DNA of 64,000 bases from Octopus sinensis (taxonomy: Eukaryota), in assembly GCF_006345805.1 (NCBI RefSeq), contig NC_043006.1, positions 30,690,001 to 30,754,000 of the forward strand, read 5' to 3'. Position 1 is the first letter of the stretch. Each line of letters begins with the position of its first letter. The notes under the pieces were generated by a model. That model had not been told where the DNA came from, searched no databases, and saw nothing but the letters and a program-made list of their open reading frames with translations. Shown in pieces: positions 1 through 14,900 of this stretch. The translations under genes were made by a program, and so were the position numbers.

Positions 1-993
1 AAAAATGCTCAACAGATAATGATGATGTGGGTAGTACAGAATTTAATGGAAGTTTTTAGAGCTTGAGAGAGGGGGGAGAGGGAGGGAGGTGTGAGGGAGG
101 GAGAGAGAGAGGGGGGTTGGAGATAGAAAAGATAAATCATGGTTTCTTTCATTATCATATCCACAGCTGATGGCATTCCTCTAAGATTAAATGGATCTGA
201 CCTGTAGAATTCTGAGACAAAGAACTTGTGTTGAAGTTGAGAGACGCATTTGGTCAATTTGATAATGAATATAGGTGTTGATGATGAAGATCGACTATAA
301 TGCATTAGTCATCAGTCACATCTGAATGATTATACTGCATTAGTTGTAAGTCAACTCTGGGACATTGCTGTTAAATTGGTTCAAAGCAAGAAGAACAGGA
401 AGGGCAACAGGATTAGGTCAACTTGACACTGACAACCCCCAAAATGTGTGCATGAACAATGCTATTTGTAACAAGACACTCAAGACTTTTTGGATCTTGA
501 AAACTAAGCTTTTTGGTTTATATCTAATGTGATTGACCTCAATATCACTTGTCTCCTATTTATGAATAACTCTTGTTAGTTATTACTAATAGTGAGGTTT
601 ATAGACAATGGTAAAGTTAACATAAGGAATATAACATGAACAGATAAACTCCATTAATTATAAGGTGGTCTGTTGGAATTCAAATGGTGAATGTGGAATA
701 TTGGGGGTTGAAATGTTAGAAATAAAAATGTTAAATTACAAAAAAAAACTAATTAAAACTGTTTAAATTGAGAAAACATCAGGGCTATGAAGGCAGAGAC
801 CAATGCATGTGAGAGAGATGATTATATTAGAAGACCATGTGATACAAATGAATGATGCATGCTGGGTGAAAAGTGGCAGTGTTGACAATGGAAACCACTG
901 AAGATAGAAAAAGACAAGAAGATTTAGGACAAAGTCATTAGGTCACACTAAATAATGACTCAATATAGACTCAAGATACAAGGGGGGGAGAAA

Positions 994-1140
<147 letters not shown>

Positions 1141-1192
1141 ACTATATTGCAGACTTATTCAGCTCCTGAAAATATGATAAAACAAATTTTAC

Positions 1193-1255
1193 CTGAACTG
1201 AACTTTCAATGACTAAGGCTACTCCGAATTTAGAGTCACGCATTTTCACAGACTT
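1193..1255 (-). CDS. BBS5: BBS5 coding exon 9 (63 nt, [21 protein letters not shown])
   Basis: Acceptor tttccag|; donor CAG|GTAAAA; phase 0-0. The next exon (expected SGGYVLGF) was not found in 1-1190, so it lies outside the window. Confidence 0.97.
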
Positions 1256-3260
1256 CTGGAAATGAAAATATTACAAAATCTATGTAAAACATTTTATTTA
1301 ATTAAAAAGAAACAAATATTAAATTCTTACATTCTGTGGAAGAGGTAGATCGAGGAAGACTTGGGATGAGATAGTGAAGTACAACCATCGAATGTTGGGT
1401 CTCATGGAGGCAATGACAAGTGACTGAGACCTTTGGAGACATGCTGTACTTGAGAAGACCTAGCAAGCCAAGTGAGACTGTAACCATGGCCTATGCCAGT
1501 GTCACATTTAAGAATACCCTTCCATCATTGGACAATAAACTGTGCTTGAGAAAACCTGTTGAGTCACATGGAATCATTGTCGTGGCTGATGCTGGTACTA
1601 CCTGACTGGCATCCAAACCAGTAGCATGTAAAAAGCACCATTTGAGTGTGGTCAATGCCAGTGCTGCCTGACTGGTCCTCGTGTTGGTGGCACATAAAAA
1701 GCACCCACTACATTCTTGGAGTGGTTGGCATTAGGAAGGGTGTCCAGTTGTAGAAACCTTGCCAGATCAGATTGGAGCCTGGTGCAGCCTTCTGGCTTGA
1801 CAGTCCTCAGTCAAACCTTCCAACCCATGCCAGCATGGAAAGTGGATGTAAAACGATGATTTTCATTTGCTGTGATCTACCTTGGGTGCTTTTTTTTAAT
1901 GACTTTACTGTTTGGCTTAGTAACTTAACAAATCAACAGTACAGATCTGTTGATAAAAATTGTACCCACCATCAAGAAAATTGTTGGTAATTTATAAACT
2001 ATACATTAAGTAACAGCAACAGCTGTAGGATGTAGTTTAAAACAATTGAAGCAAATATATATCTAAAAGATAATATAAAAAAATTTGGGATTGATAACAT
2101 GGTAGTTGGTTAAAATGGTTGGCACCTCTCTTTTTTTTGTTATTTTTATAGTAAACCTTCTTTTACAATCTTATGATGAATGGTTGCTACATCTGACACA
2201 ACTCACATGAAGCATATTCTCTATAGAGAAAATTGTATTTACCCAATGCGGATTAACAGTAAGTCAGGGAAGCACAGATGGAAATTGTATAATTACAAGG
2301 AATGTAATTAGGCAATTAGCTGGCAGAACCATTAGCACACTAGACAAAATGCTTGGCAGCATTTCATCCATCTTCATGTTCTGAGTTCAAATCCTGCCGA
2401 GGTATACTTTGCATTTCATCTTTTTTGGGTCGATATAATCAACTTACCCCTCTCCCAAAATTTCAGACCTTGTGCCTATAGCAGAAAGGATTATTACAAG
2501 GTATGGCTGTGCACTTAGGAAGTTCGTTTCACAATTACATGATTTTATGTTTGTTTCTATGGCAGGAGTACCAAGATCAAGCGTCTGCTATCGCAAATTC
2601 AGGTCAACCAAAACCTTGTAAGTGAAATTCAGCAGGAAGAAACAGTTTGGAAGTCCACTAAGAAGAGCATTCCTGTTCAAGGGTTAGGGCAGATTAAATG
2701 TGTGGCCCTATTTAAACACCACTCACTGGCACTTGGGTGCCTTTAAAGCCAGGCCTCCAGACTTTCATTCCATCCAGCAGACACAGAAACCCTAAAAATG
2801 TTCATGGGAACTGATCTTCATCCTCTGTCAGACATTTAAGAAAAAAAAAAAAAACAATCTTTGGATGGGAAGATGGTAATGAAATAAAAATGGAGAAAGT
2901 AAACAGAATTTATTGTTAGGAATGGGTTACAGACAACTCTCCAATGTAGCTGTCAAATGACTGAAACAAGCAAATGAATTAAAAAAATATGATGGACTGA
3001 TACTTACTATTTGTAAATATGGAATACTGACGTTAAATGCTTCATTCATTGTGGCATTCCAAACTACCCGGATATTTGTGATATAAAAAGTACCAAGGTT
3101 ACCCTGGAATTATTAAAGACATTGTTAGCAATAGAAGAAATCATGAGATGTACAGGTTCTGATGCCAATTTAATGCAAAGAAAATACCTTGATGTAACCG
3201 TAATACCAGCAGAATCACTAGAACATAAGCCATATGCAACAGTAGGTGTATGTGTGAATG

Positions 3261-3312
<52 letters not shown>

Positions 3313-4500
3313 TGTATACACACACATATACACAGGGTACGCAAGGCTAAGAGCAAAAAAAAAAAAACTCAAGAAAATACAAACACACCAAACAAAAACA
3401 ACAGATAAGTTTAACTAGAAACATCAAAGATACAAACTTGAGTCTAAATAATGGCCCTTTTGTAGCCCCAGAAGAGACCAGGATCCATTGGTTCTTGCAT
3501 ATACCCCAGCACACACCCATAACAGCAACTTACAGTATGTCCTTGGTACCATATGTTGTCAGTCGGTTGTCCAGCAATGATGTTCCAGATGCAGTAAGCA
3601 AAAGGTCCCTAATCCAATCCATCAAAGGGTTAAGTCCCCCCCCCATTGTTGATAGAACTCATTTACAGCTGAGTCAACATGATCCCCATGAAATGAAGTG
3701 TTTTGCTCAACAGCTCAATGTGCTGCTTGTTCTGGGAATTGAAACAGTGACCTTAAGATTGTGAGTCCAACACTTTAGTTAATAGGCCTAGGCACTGATT
3801 TACATAAGTGGAGGCAAATATAATGTAGTGAACTAAAAATAAATTTTGAATTAATTGAAATTATACTGTTATACCTGTCTAGAAATGTTAGTATCAATGA
3901 AAACTTATCTCAAAAAGAGCAAGGGAGAGAACTCCAACACTTCATTTGCCTAAAATTAAATGGAGATATGCCCAAGAATGGAGTGATGTTTGGTAGCTAG
4001 AGTGGTAACTCTTACCATGTTTCTGCCTTATTAGGCCATTTCAGTGAAGTATAGTCAACACACAGAAGACCTCTGAATGATGTGAAGAGTACAGATTTAG
4101 TGTAAAAATAGTTCACTGATTTGGCAACTTAAAATGTTGGCATTGGGATATTTTCCAAAGGTGCATCCTGCATGAAGAACATACAGTTAAGTGTGGGGTA
4201 AGCCAAAAAGAATTATTAATCAAATACAATTAAAACTGTACCAAGATTTAAAAAAAATATTAACAGCAATGAAAATTCATCTCAAAATAGAGGAAAGAAA
4301 AAGAACTTGAAAACTTCAACTGAGTAAAACTGCTGCTTATGTTGTGTTACTAAGGCTTAATAAGACTGAATCATATCTGGAGTTGTCACCATAGTTACCA
4401 ACAATCAGATTCACCACCTAACCCTTTTTATATAAATTCTTAGTCAAAATTGTGACAATGTCCCCCACCTCCTTTAGAAAATCTGCCTTAATAACTGCTC

Positions 4501-4541
<41 letters not shown>

Positions 4542-6301
4542 GGGTGCGTAAGGTATTTGAGGACATAACTTTTTGGGGGTCATTACTGAATTTTTTGCTA
4601 ACTCTGTATAATCTTTGTTTCCAAAAATAATAATGGAAGACCCTCAGCTTACTCAAGAAATGAAGAGGCATGCTGTTATTGTGGTTATAAAGGTTGAGCA
4701 TAGGGATTTAGAAATAGCTCAATTTTAAAAGTTGCCAGTTCTTTTGTCTACAAAGTGAGTAAGGAGTTAGAGACTGAAGATGAAAATGTATCACCAGTAT
4801 CAAAGCATAAAAAGCATTTTAAATGCTCTGAAATCATCAAAACAACTGAATTTATCCAGCAACTTCAACAGAACATTGGTTACAATCCCAAAATGTCCAT
4901 GAGGTCAGTTGCAAAAGATCATGTGTCAGAAGGGACAGTCAGAAATGTTGTCTGTGAAGACATCAGATATAAGTCTTATATGATGAGGAAAGATCAATTT
5001 GCCTGAAAAAGCATCAGATCTAAAAGGCTCTTAAACAAACTGAAAAATCCAACAGAAAAAGATTTGATTTCGTTTTTTCTCAGACGAGAAAGACTTCGAC
5101 CAGGATCAAAACCTTAACAAAAGAAATGACAGATGGTTATGTGCAGATTCTTCTGAAGTTCCAAGTGTTATGCATACAAAATTTCCTGCAACTGTCATGG
5201 TTTTAGGGGTTGTCAGCAATGAAGGACATGTGATGCCTCCTTACTTCTTTCCACAATGCCTTAGAGTTAACTCTGCTGCCTACATTGAGGTCATGAAACT
5301 AATTGTGAAGTCTTGGGTATGCAATGGAAGGCCATATGTGTTTCAGTAAGACTCTGCACTATCACACACAGCTCTAGTAACACAAGAATGGATGGCTGAA
5401 AATTTTCATGGTTACATAACCCCTAACATTTAACCACCTAATTTCACAGATCACAATCCATTGGACTATTACATGTGGAGCATTGTTGAGAAAGAGGTCA
5501 ATAATCACACCCATAACACCAAAGATTCTTTGAAAGCTACCATAGTAAGGGTAATGTTCAAAATGAACCAGGACCACTTGATTCGAGCATGTAGATGATT
5601 TAGATCTCATATAGAAGCAGTTGTTGAAGCTGAAGGTGGCTTTATTGAATAACATTATAGAAAAAAAAGGTTTATTTTTATCCTCATAGCATTTCTTGAT
5701 AAATAAAGTTATTATCTGTTATTATATATTATATATCTGTTTTTTATAAACTTAAATCTGTCCTCAAATATCTTACGCACTCTGTATATATATATATATC
5801 TATATATATAAAACTCTAGTTGTGTGAGTGTCTGTCCCCTTCAATTTAGATTCCTAACTCCTCCCACATTTTGCGGTGCAGTTTAACCAAATTCGGGTAT
5901 CTTATAGTCGTGATTCATATCGAGCCCATCTGACTATTAGCGCGCGTCAACGATGAGTCTACGATTTTAAAAATAATTTAACATCATTTTTATTCCATTT
6001 TAATGCATAAAATGCATCGTATGTCGATGGCGGCAGAGTTGGTGTCCACGCTCACAGCTGCACCTGTTTGCTTCTCCCCTTCCCTCCCTCGTGAAGCTGT
6101 GGGGAAGGGAGTGTAAAGAAATCAACGTCGTAATGCGTTGTGAAGGAAACCAGCGTTCTTTTAGAACAACGACTTCATGGCTTGAAGACACCAAAATAAA
6201 AATGGCTAAGAAAGCCCGAATTATAAGGGAAGTAACTCTCTAAAAATGCTTATATAGTTATTTCCCTTACAAACCCGAGCAACGCCGGGCGATACTGCTA
6301 G

Positions 6302-6345
<44 letters not shown>

Positions 6346-6363
6346 AACACATATAGTATTATC

Positions 6364-6432
<69 letters not shown>

Positions 6433-7242
6433 AATGATGATGATGATAATAATAATAATAATAATAACAATAAACAAGAATGTTGTTGACAGTGGCTTCA
6501 AAATTTCAGCTAGTTAAGCCATTGCCAGATTGCAATTGAAGTTAATCTTGGCTTTGTATAATCTCTGTTGAGTTAAAATCACCCTTGAGAGTGTGGGTCA
6601 TCATGGGGAGGTGTCTTGGAGAAATGCTTATTGATTAAATTTAGGGTTATGTTAGTGTTTAAAATTTATTCATGTATGTAGAACATTGTAAGCAGGTGTG
6701 GATATTTAATTATTCTTGGTTTTATTGGATTTAATCTGTTGCTTGACAATACAAAGGTCAAAATTTAGTGCAGTATTTTAAAACCTAATAATTTCATGTA
6801 TCAACTTTTTTGTAATAAAATTTTTTATGAGTTCACAAAACATTATAAGTTGGTAGCATGTTTTAGCTGATCAGTTTCTTTACTTGTAGTTGTTGTTATT
6901 TAGGACATTTCCTGTTTGTACTTGGAAGGTGGGAATTATTAGTCACGCATATTATGGTGTTGCTAGTATAGAAATTTGTTTTTCCTGTGCTTTAGTCTTC
7001 ACAAATGGACATGGTCTGTACATTGCTCTCTTGGTGTTCATTGTTTCATAAGCAATTTGATTAATACGTAGAAATGTTTAACCCTTGCATTTTATGGGTG
7101 TTGAGTGTGGGTCATGAATTTATAAATATTTCTTCAAATCTGTTTCAAACGAGGGTATTTTATAGTATATTATTGTAGGCCTCTGGATATATGTGTGAAA
7201 GTGGGTCACAGCCATGATCATGCCTATAGCCATGTCTGCACT

Positions 7243-7273
<31 letters not shown>

Positions 7274-8148
7274 ATACACACACACACACACATATAACCA
7301 CACTTGCATACATACACACACACATATTTATTTATATGTATGAACACTGTCATACAGCAACAGGCATACCGCTTCCTCACACACACACACACACATACCT
7401 GGTTGCTGGAGAGATTCCAAACACCATTGACTTTGCTGCACAGTTGTTCTAATGGCAGCAACTTCAGCTCTTTGTTTTCTATCAGGGCTCCTCTTAGTTT
7501 CAGCTGACGGTACAGCCGAGTCGTGTCGTATGCTCTGTAATACATACAAATATGACACATAAATACACGCTCTGTAATACACACACACATAGAATTCTGA
7601 GTTATCTTAGGAATAAGTGAATTTTGTGGCTAAAGATTTATGTGCTTTATTTAATTAGTGTTGTTGTTAAACCATAAGTCAACTCTGTTTGAGTAAAGGT
7701 ACATGACTAGAGGAGTCCCAGCCATGACTCACCCTTCCTATTTTCTCATGTGTTTTTGTTTTTAGAAGACAATACAGTAAAATTTGAGGTAGAGTCAGTC
7801 ACTAGCTCCAGCATAGCCAGTAACTGCATTGAGGTTCCGTTTCTGGTTTGCACATACATACATATATACACACACATGCATGCATACACATATCATCATC
7901 ATTATCATGAAAAACAGACATTAAATGATGATGATGATGATGATGAAGGTTGCAAAACAGCTGTAATCCTAAGGCTAAGGCTAACAAGTGGTGAATAAAT
8001 ATATTCCCCTCTCATACCTCTAGATTTTCTATTGTATATATATATACCATCTTTTATATCAATAATACACTGATGCAATAACGGATTGTTTATAAAGCTT
8101 GAAACACGTGTACCATGATATCCTTTGTGTTCTTTTTTTAATTTTATT

Positions 8149-8200
<52 letters not shown>

Positions 8201-8868
8201 CATGAAATAATTTCATCAATTGGAACTCCTTGATATCAGTTGCATAGACTCTGCATTATTGTCCTCTGTATTGAATTACTATGTGGTATGATATCCGGCT
8301 CCACTAGAGGAGCTTTCCATGTCAGTCACATAATTCGATGAATCCATATATTAACCACACACACACAAGTACCAGGAACTACATAATCCAACCAAGAACA
8401 AGTCCTCTTGTTTATTATGACTCTACGATAGTCTCGCTTGGTTTGAAAAGTAAGGGTGACATTGATCTTCCAACACTGGACATTTGTAAAGTGCTGAAGC
8501 AATTATTTTCGCTCCTGGATATTCTTCCTAACAGGAACAATTCATTAATATAAGAAGAGAAAGATTCAAAACCTACCTGTGTATTGCAATAACAGATGTG
8601 AAAAGTCTTGGAGACCCCGGCACCTAAACAAACCAATATAAAATACATGTTTCATGACTTTACAATGTTTAAGGATTTCATAAAAACACAAAAAAAGTCT
8701 TTTAATGTCATTTCCTGATTGGTTTCTCTATTTTCTTGTTGTTTAGCCCCAAGTCGGTTCTGACCTGAGAGGAGATCTTTGAGGAAATGTTCTTCCACCT
8801 TTGACCATCTCATCTTTTTTCAGTGTGTGTGTGTGTGTGTGTGTGGTGTGTGTGTGTGTGTGTGTGTG

Positions 8869-8908
<40 letters not shown>

Positions 8909-11900
8909 GGACTCTTCCATTAATAAATGATGTATGAGAGTTTGACAATTTCTTACCAAACAACCACACAGATGATTTGTACAGGTGCAACTGGGTGCCA
9001 CATGTCAGACGTCGAAATGATTGCAGAGCAACGAGAAATGGAATGCATTGCTCAAGAACACAATGCAACACCCGATCTGGGAATTGAATCCACGATCTTG
9101 CAATCCTGAGTGCAAAACCTTAACCACTAAACTATGCATGCGCCTTCACAAAGGATTGCACCTAGAAAGTTACCTTCCAAGGCACAAGTCTGGGCAAAGT
9201 CATTTATGGAAGACCAACAGTCACCCATGCATACCAGCCTTCCCTCTTCATGCTACCAGTGTTATCCAAAGGAAAGGCAAGGGGGCCAATACAGCTTGGC
9301 ACCAATGACATCACAACTCATTTCTATTGCTGAGTGAACTGGAGCATCAAACTTACTACCTCATGACTGTGAGCCCAATGCTCCAACCACTGAGCCATGC
9401 TCCTTGTTACCCTTTTAAGACAGTAGGATACAATTTGTGTGAGTTTTGGTTGTAATCATTTCACAGCTCATTGATATTTGCTCTCTTATTGATGCTTGCT
9501 ATTTTATGGTTCTACAGGAAGAGCAGCAGATTGATAGAATTGTCAGAATATGGGACAAAATACCTTCTGGAGTTTGTTCTGAATCTTTATGTTCTGAATT
9601 CAAATTCTACTTAGGTTAACTCAAAATTATCAGCTTCATACCTAAATTATGACTGATTATTACAGTTATAGAGAGTAGTGCTGGTGCCACATAAAAAGCA
9701 CCCAGTACACTCTGTAAAGTAATTGGTATTAGGAATGGCATCCAGCCATAAAGACCATGCCAAAACAGACAATTGGAGCTTGCTGCAGTACAGCTCTTAC
9801 ACTGACCAGCTCCTGTCAAGCCATCCAATCCATACCAGTGTGGAAAACAGACATTAAATGATGATGATGATGATAATACTAATAATAGCAATATTTTTAT
9901 TATAAAAATTGGTGCAGTTGAAGAATGGTAAAGTCCTAGCATCATTCCTTGTAAGATTTAATTATAAGCCTTTCCATTTTACAAGTCAACTTTGTCTTTC
10001 ATTCTTCTCTGGTTTATAACACAAAAAGCAGTAACATACCAAGATTAATTAAGTCACCTACATACTCTTCTAAGATTTTTGGTAAAATGCCAAAGTTAGA
10101 ATTAATAATTACTGAAGAGCAGTGGAAAACTGTCCTGGAAGGTCAAAAGAAAGTGACAGGTTAAAAAAAAAATGAACCAAAAAGAAAAGGTTGTAAGATT
10201 AAGAAAGAAGAGGAGACCATATTCCGAAATCACAAGAGATTCACAGTTGTGTAATGGATTAACAGATGACATGAGTCAAGACTGTGTGGAGGAGGAGGAG
10301 GAGGAGAAGACAATAAAATATTGGTAGAAACCACACACACACAGAGGTTATGACTGTTTGATACTGGAAATTGAAAGAGGACATTTTTTTGTCTTGACCA
10401 ATTCAGAGGTTATTCATAGGCCCTTTTGGATGTATTTGGTTCTAGTATGAGGAACCTAAGGGGTAGATTCTCATCTTTGTGAGGAAGGGTTCTAAATCTT
10501 TTACTCGTATTTGTGTCTGTGTGAGTATGCATGCGAACATATGCATATACATACATTCATATATATATACATACATACATCATATGAACATACATACATA
10601 CATAGGTATATGAGGGGGTGCTGAAAAGTTCCTGGCTTTGGGTAAAAGAAAATACAGGAGGATCAGTTAACTATGATTCTATTCAACATATTCCCCTCTC
10701 AGATTCACACACTTATCGCAGTGGTCCTTCAGATTTTCTAAGCCCTGTAAAAGAACAAGGAAAATCAGGCTTCCAACCGGACCTTTTGTGATACCCTTAA
10801 AGCCAGGAACTTTTCAGCACCTCTTCATACATACATATGTCTTAGCTTAGCTCTTAGATTCCCCAGTGCTGTCAACATAATGGACAATGCACCTTCTCCA
10901 GACATTCCGATTGCTCACTTTGTTCCTGGTTCCACTTGGTCCATTTCCTGTTGTTATTATGTCATCCTGGAATGTACAACACTACGTCTTCCTTGGTTTT
11001 CCTTTGGTCATTTTCCACCTATTGGTGTCCATTCCATCACAGTGGTAGTATATCTCTCCTGCATTAATTGAAGAACATGACTAGTAAACTGTATCCATCG
11101 CTTAGTCACCATGTCCTGCAAATTTCCCATGCCAGTTCCTCTTGTCAACTTTTTGTTTCTCACTTTGTTCGGGTGAGAGACATTCAGGATTCAATGTAGA
11201 CAGCACTAATGAAACACATTTAGTAATTGAGAGATCTTTGTTGTCTTCTTCCAGATTTCACAGACATAGCTGCTAGCATAACGATAAATGAGTAGAGTAG
11301 CTGTAACTTTATCTTCTTACAGATGGTCTTTGATCTTTGTATTAAACAAAAGTATTGAAATGCTGACATTGTTTTACCTTTTCTGGTCTTGACTTCAACT
11401 TCTGCATCATCCTCATTGGAAATACACTTTCTGAGATAAGTAAACCCATCAATGTACTTGATTTCTTTATGACCAAACTTGACAAGTTGTGTTTGGGCTC
11501 CACCAGTTGATATGGTTTTAATCCTCTCAGCACTAAACCACAGCCCTGCTTTCACCTCCAAACTGTAAAGGCTATCTGTCATGGCCTGCAGTGTATCTCT
11601 GACAGAGTTTAGTAATGCCGAGTTGTCTGCAAAATCCCAAATCATCAGTTTGCCTGCTCCTTACATTATTTCAAAACTAGTGCTATCCATTGTTTTCCAC
11701 ATGACATCAATTGCTATTACGACCATACATACATACATATATATATATAAACATAACTCCAAGACCTCTGGAGATATGCAGTGACTGTGAAGACCCGGCA
11801 AATAAAGTGAGTTCACAGCTGAAACCTACACTAGTGTCACATAACCAGCCCCAGCCCACTCAAAAGTACTTTGGATTGTAGGTGACATGCTGTGCTTGAG

Positions 11901-14900
11901 GAAACCTATTGAGTCAAGTACATCAAAATAAAAATCAAATGGAAATTGTAGTTGTGATCCCCATGCTGGTGGCACATAAAAAGCCCCATCTGAATGTGGC
12001 CGATGCCAGCACTGCCTTGACTGGCTTCAGTGCTGGTGGCACGTAAAATGCACCAACCGATCGTGGTCATTGCCAGCCCCCTCTGGCTTCTGTGCTGATG
12101 GTATGTAAAAAGCACCCACTACACTCTTGGAGTGGTTGGCATTAGGAAGGGCATCCAGCTGTAGAAACACTGCCAGATCAGACTGGTGCAGCCTCCTGGC
12201 TTCCCAGGCCCCAGTTGAACAGTCCAACCCATGCCAGCATGGAAAATGGAATATGATGATGATGATGAAGCATGCACACATTTATTGTCTTCATTGTGTA
12301 ATTTAAAATAAAATTCAATGTCTTAATACATTGCATAATATCTTTTACTCCTTGTTTATGTGTGTATGTGTGTGTGTTTGTGCGTGTGTGTGTACACCAC
12401 CACACATTTTTGTTACACACTGTTTGTATGAATGGTCTCCCAAGGTCAATTTTGCCTTTCATCCTTTCAGGCTTGATAAACTAAAATACCAGTCAAATAG
12501 AAGGAGTGATAGAAGTTGACTACCCCACCTCCTCTCAGAACTGCTGGCCTTGGGCTTAAATTAGAAATCCTTATCATTATTGTCGTTGTTGCTGCTGCTG
12601 CTGTTGTTGTTATTATTATTTCACTGCGTTAAAGTGTTGTTAAGGACCTTTCATGGTGTCTGGAATTTGAAGGCTGAAACATGCAACTTATTTGTTCTGA
12701 TGTTGGTGCAGATGTACTGAGCCTGGCAGAATGATCGTTTTTGCATGCAGTGATCTTACTGTTGTAAAAGTTTCAGAAGAGTTTCTTCATAGACACTGTT
12801 ATGGAACCAGCACAAACATGCAAAATTCAGGATAAGATTACACACAAAAATTGTAACTCTGGTGAATTACACAAGTTCACTTCTTACATAAAATCTCTGT
12901 TTATTAAAACTTTTGAGTTTTATTATGGAAACAAATGAAAGAATCATTCTTCAAACTGAACAAGTGGTAGGAGACCTGGGAGCAGACCAAGAATGAGATG
13001 GTTGGATGACATCCATAGCCTCAGTTGGTCATTCTTGGGAATCCAACCAGAAAATCTAATGATGAGTGTTTCTACTAGGACCCTATGATGGAAGAAGTGT
13101 CTGAGGCTCCTACTCCTGTAATCCTCCCAGGAATAAGGGACAGAAAAACTAGATAGACGGACTGAAGTCAGTTAATGCTATTGTTATTACATCCCAGATC
13201 AACCCTGGTTTATATCCATAGAATCAAAGGGTTTGGCAGTGATGATGACCTTGTCCTTTTTTTTGTATGTCTAAGACTTCTTCTTTGGGTGCCATGTACA
13301 GTATGTAGGACATAAGCAATAACGTCCTGCCACGATTCTCTGTTCTTTGTTTTCTGTAACAGTTCTGCTCTTTGATGTTTGATGCTTTTCTTGCAGCAAC
13401 TTTGTCAAGATGGACTTTCATATCACCCTTCTCCTTCCTCTGCTTCTTTTCCCTTGAATCTTTCCAGTCTTTGTTGTCCAGTGCGACTTCTCTTGTGGGT
13501 CAAGGAATCAGAGGTACCCACATAGTTCACACAAGCTCAAAGTTTATTGAAGAAAAAAATTACCTGAGCTAATGGAGATAATCAGTATACTGGCTTATAT
13601 AAATGATATCTTCATTTTAACGACAGCTTTTGAAAACAAATTACTGCATGCTAATTGGATGATTAAACATGTTAATTGTAGCAAAATAGTGAGTGGCCTG
13701 TTGGGAGCATATTCTATTCAATTATGCAATCGTTTACAAATGTAAGCAAAAAAAAAATTAGTGGAGAAGAGGAAAATGGTCAAGCTGTATGGACTGTAAA
13801 GTTGCTTGCATTTAATTTGGGGAAAAACTCCAAACAAACAAGACAAAATAACATCAAATATTTTTCCAAATGACTTAGTTGGAGGAATGCAGTGTTCATG
13901 ACCATTTGTAAGTAATTCCAGATTAATGTTAAAGTGCAATTTCAATTTCTGAAGTTTAATATATGTAAGAAATTGTAGTCATGGCAGCAATTCGAAAGGG
14001 TTGCAGTTTTGCAGAGGAATAATCAGGCGAAACGTTTAGTGAAGTTTGGAGGGAGTGATGGAAAGAAGGGGAGAGGTAAGTATATTAGGTGCAAAAAGTT
14101 AACAGAAGAATGGAAACATCAATAATAACAGTGATTAGTTGAGAGAGAGTGAGAGGTCAGTGCTTTTAAAATGTTTGTAGGGAAGAGTCCTATGTTCCAT
14201 TGTAATGGAACAGTCTGGCAGCAAAATTATAACCCAAAACACAGTTAAAGCTGCATAGGTGGTACCATGATGGAAAAGTTCCTAATGAAAATCTTTAGTT
14301 AAGGGTAACAACATTGCTTTCACTGAAGTTCCTGAAATCAAATATGTCAGTGTGTGATATAAGAGAAATACAGGGCTGGCTCTGTAAACATGGGACTGAC
14401 AGAAAGAGAAAGTGAAGGGGATGAAATTATGATTGTCTCCACAACTTGTCTTAATTTGTTGCCCAATTGAACACCATCACCTGGCTGCTGGGTGCCTTTA
14501 CCAAATTCAATTCTGTTGCAGACATTCGGACAAGGTTTGCAGGATGAGGAGGAAGGGTGGATTGATTACTCACTCCCTCCTTCCTTCCCTCCCTCCACTT
14601 GCCTCAGAAGTCCGGTAAAGGGTCATAGGCAGTACCCTACCACTTCTGATTAAGTGATTAAATAAAAATGTGAGTCTGAGAGGATGGCTGTTGACAAGGT
14701 CGGAGAGGAAACCCTTCTTCGAGAATGCGACACACTTTTGCATGTCTACTGTGATTGGAACAGATTTCTGCAGAAAGTAAAGGGTGAAAGAGTTGAGTGG
14801 TGAAAGGAGCTCAATCTAAAGTATGTTGTTTGAGAAAAATAGAAGGGACTCTGTGAGAACTAATCAGATTGTTGTTGTCCTTGCTGATGTTGTTGTTTTG

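Noticed and set aside
9-305. 98-aa minus-strand ORF as the next BBS5 exon
   Set aside because: Lacks the expected SGGYVLGF block and has no BBS5 similarity.
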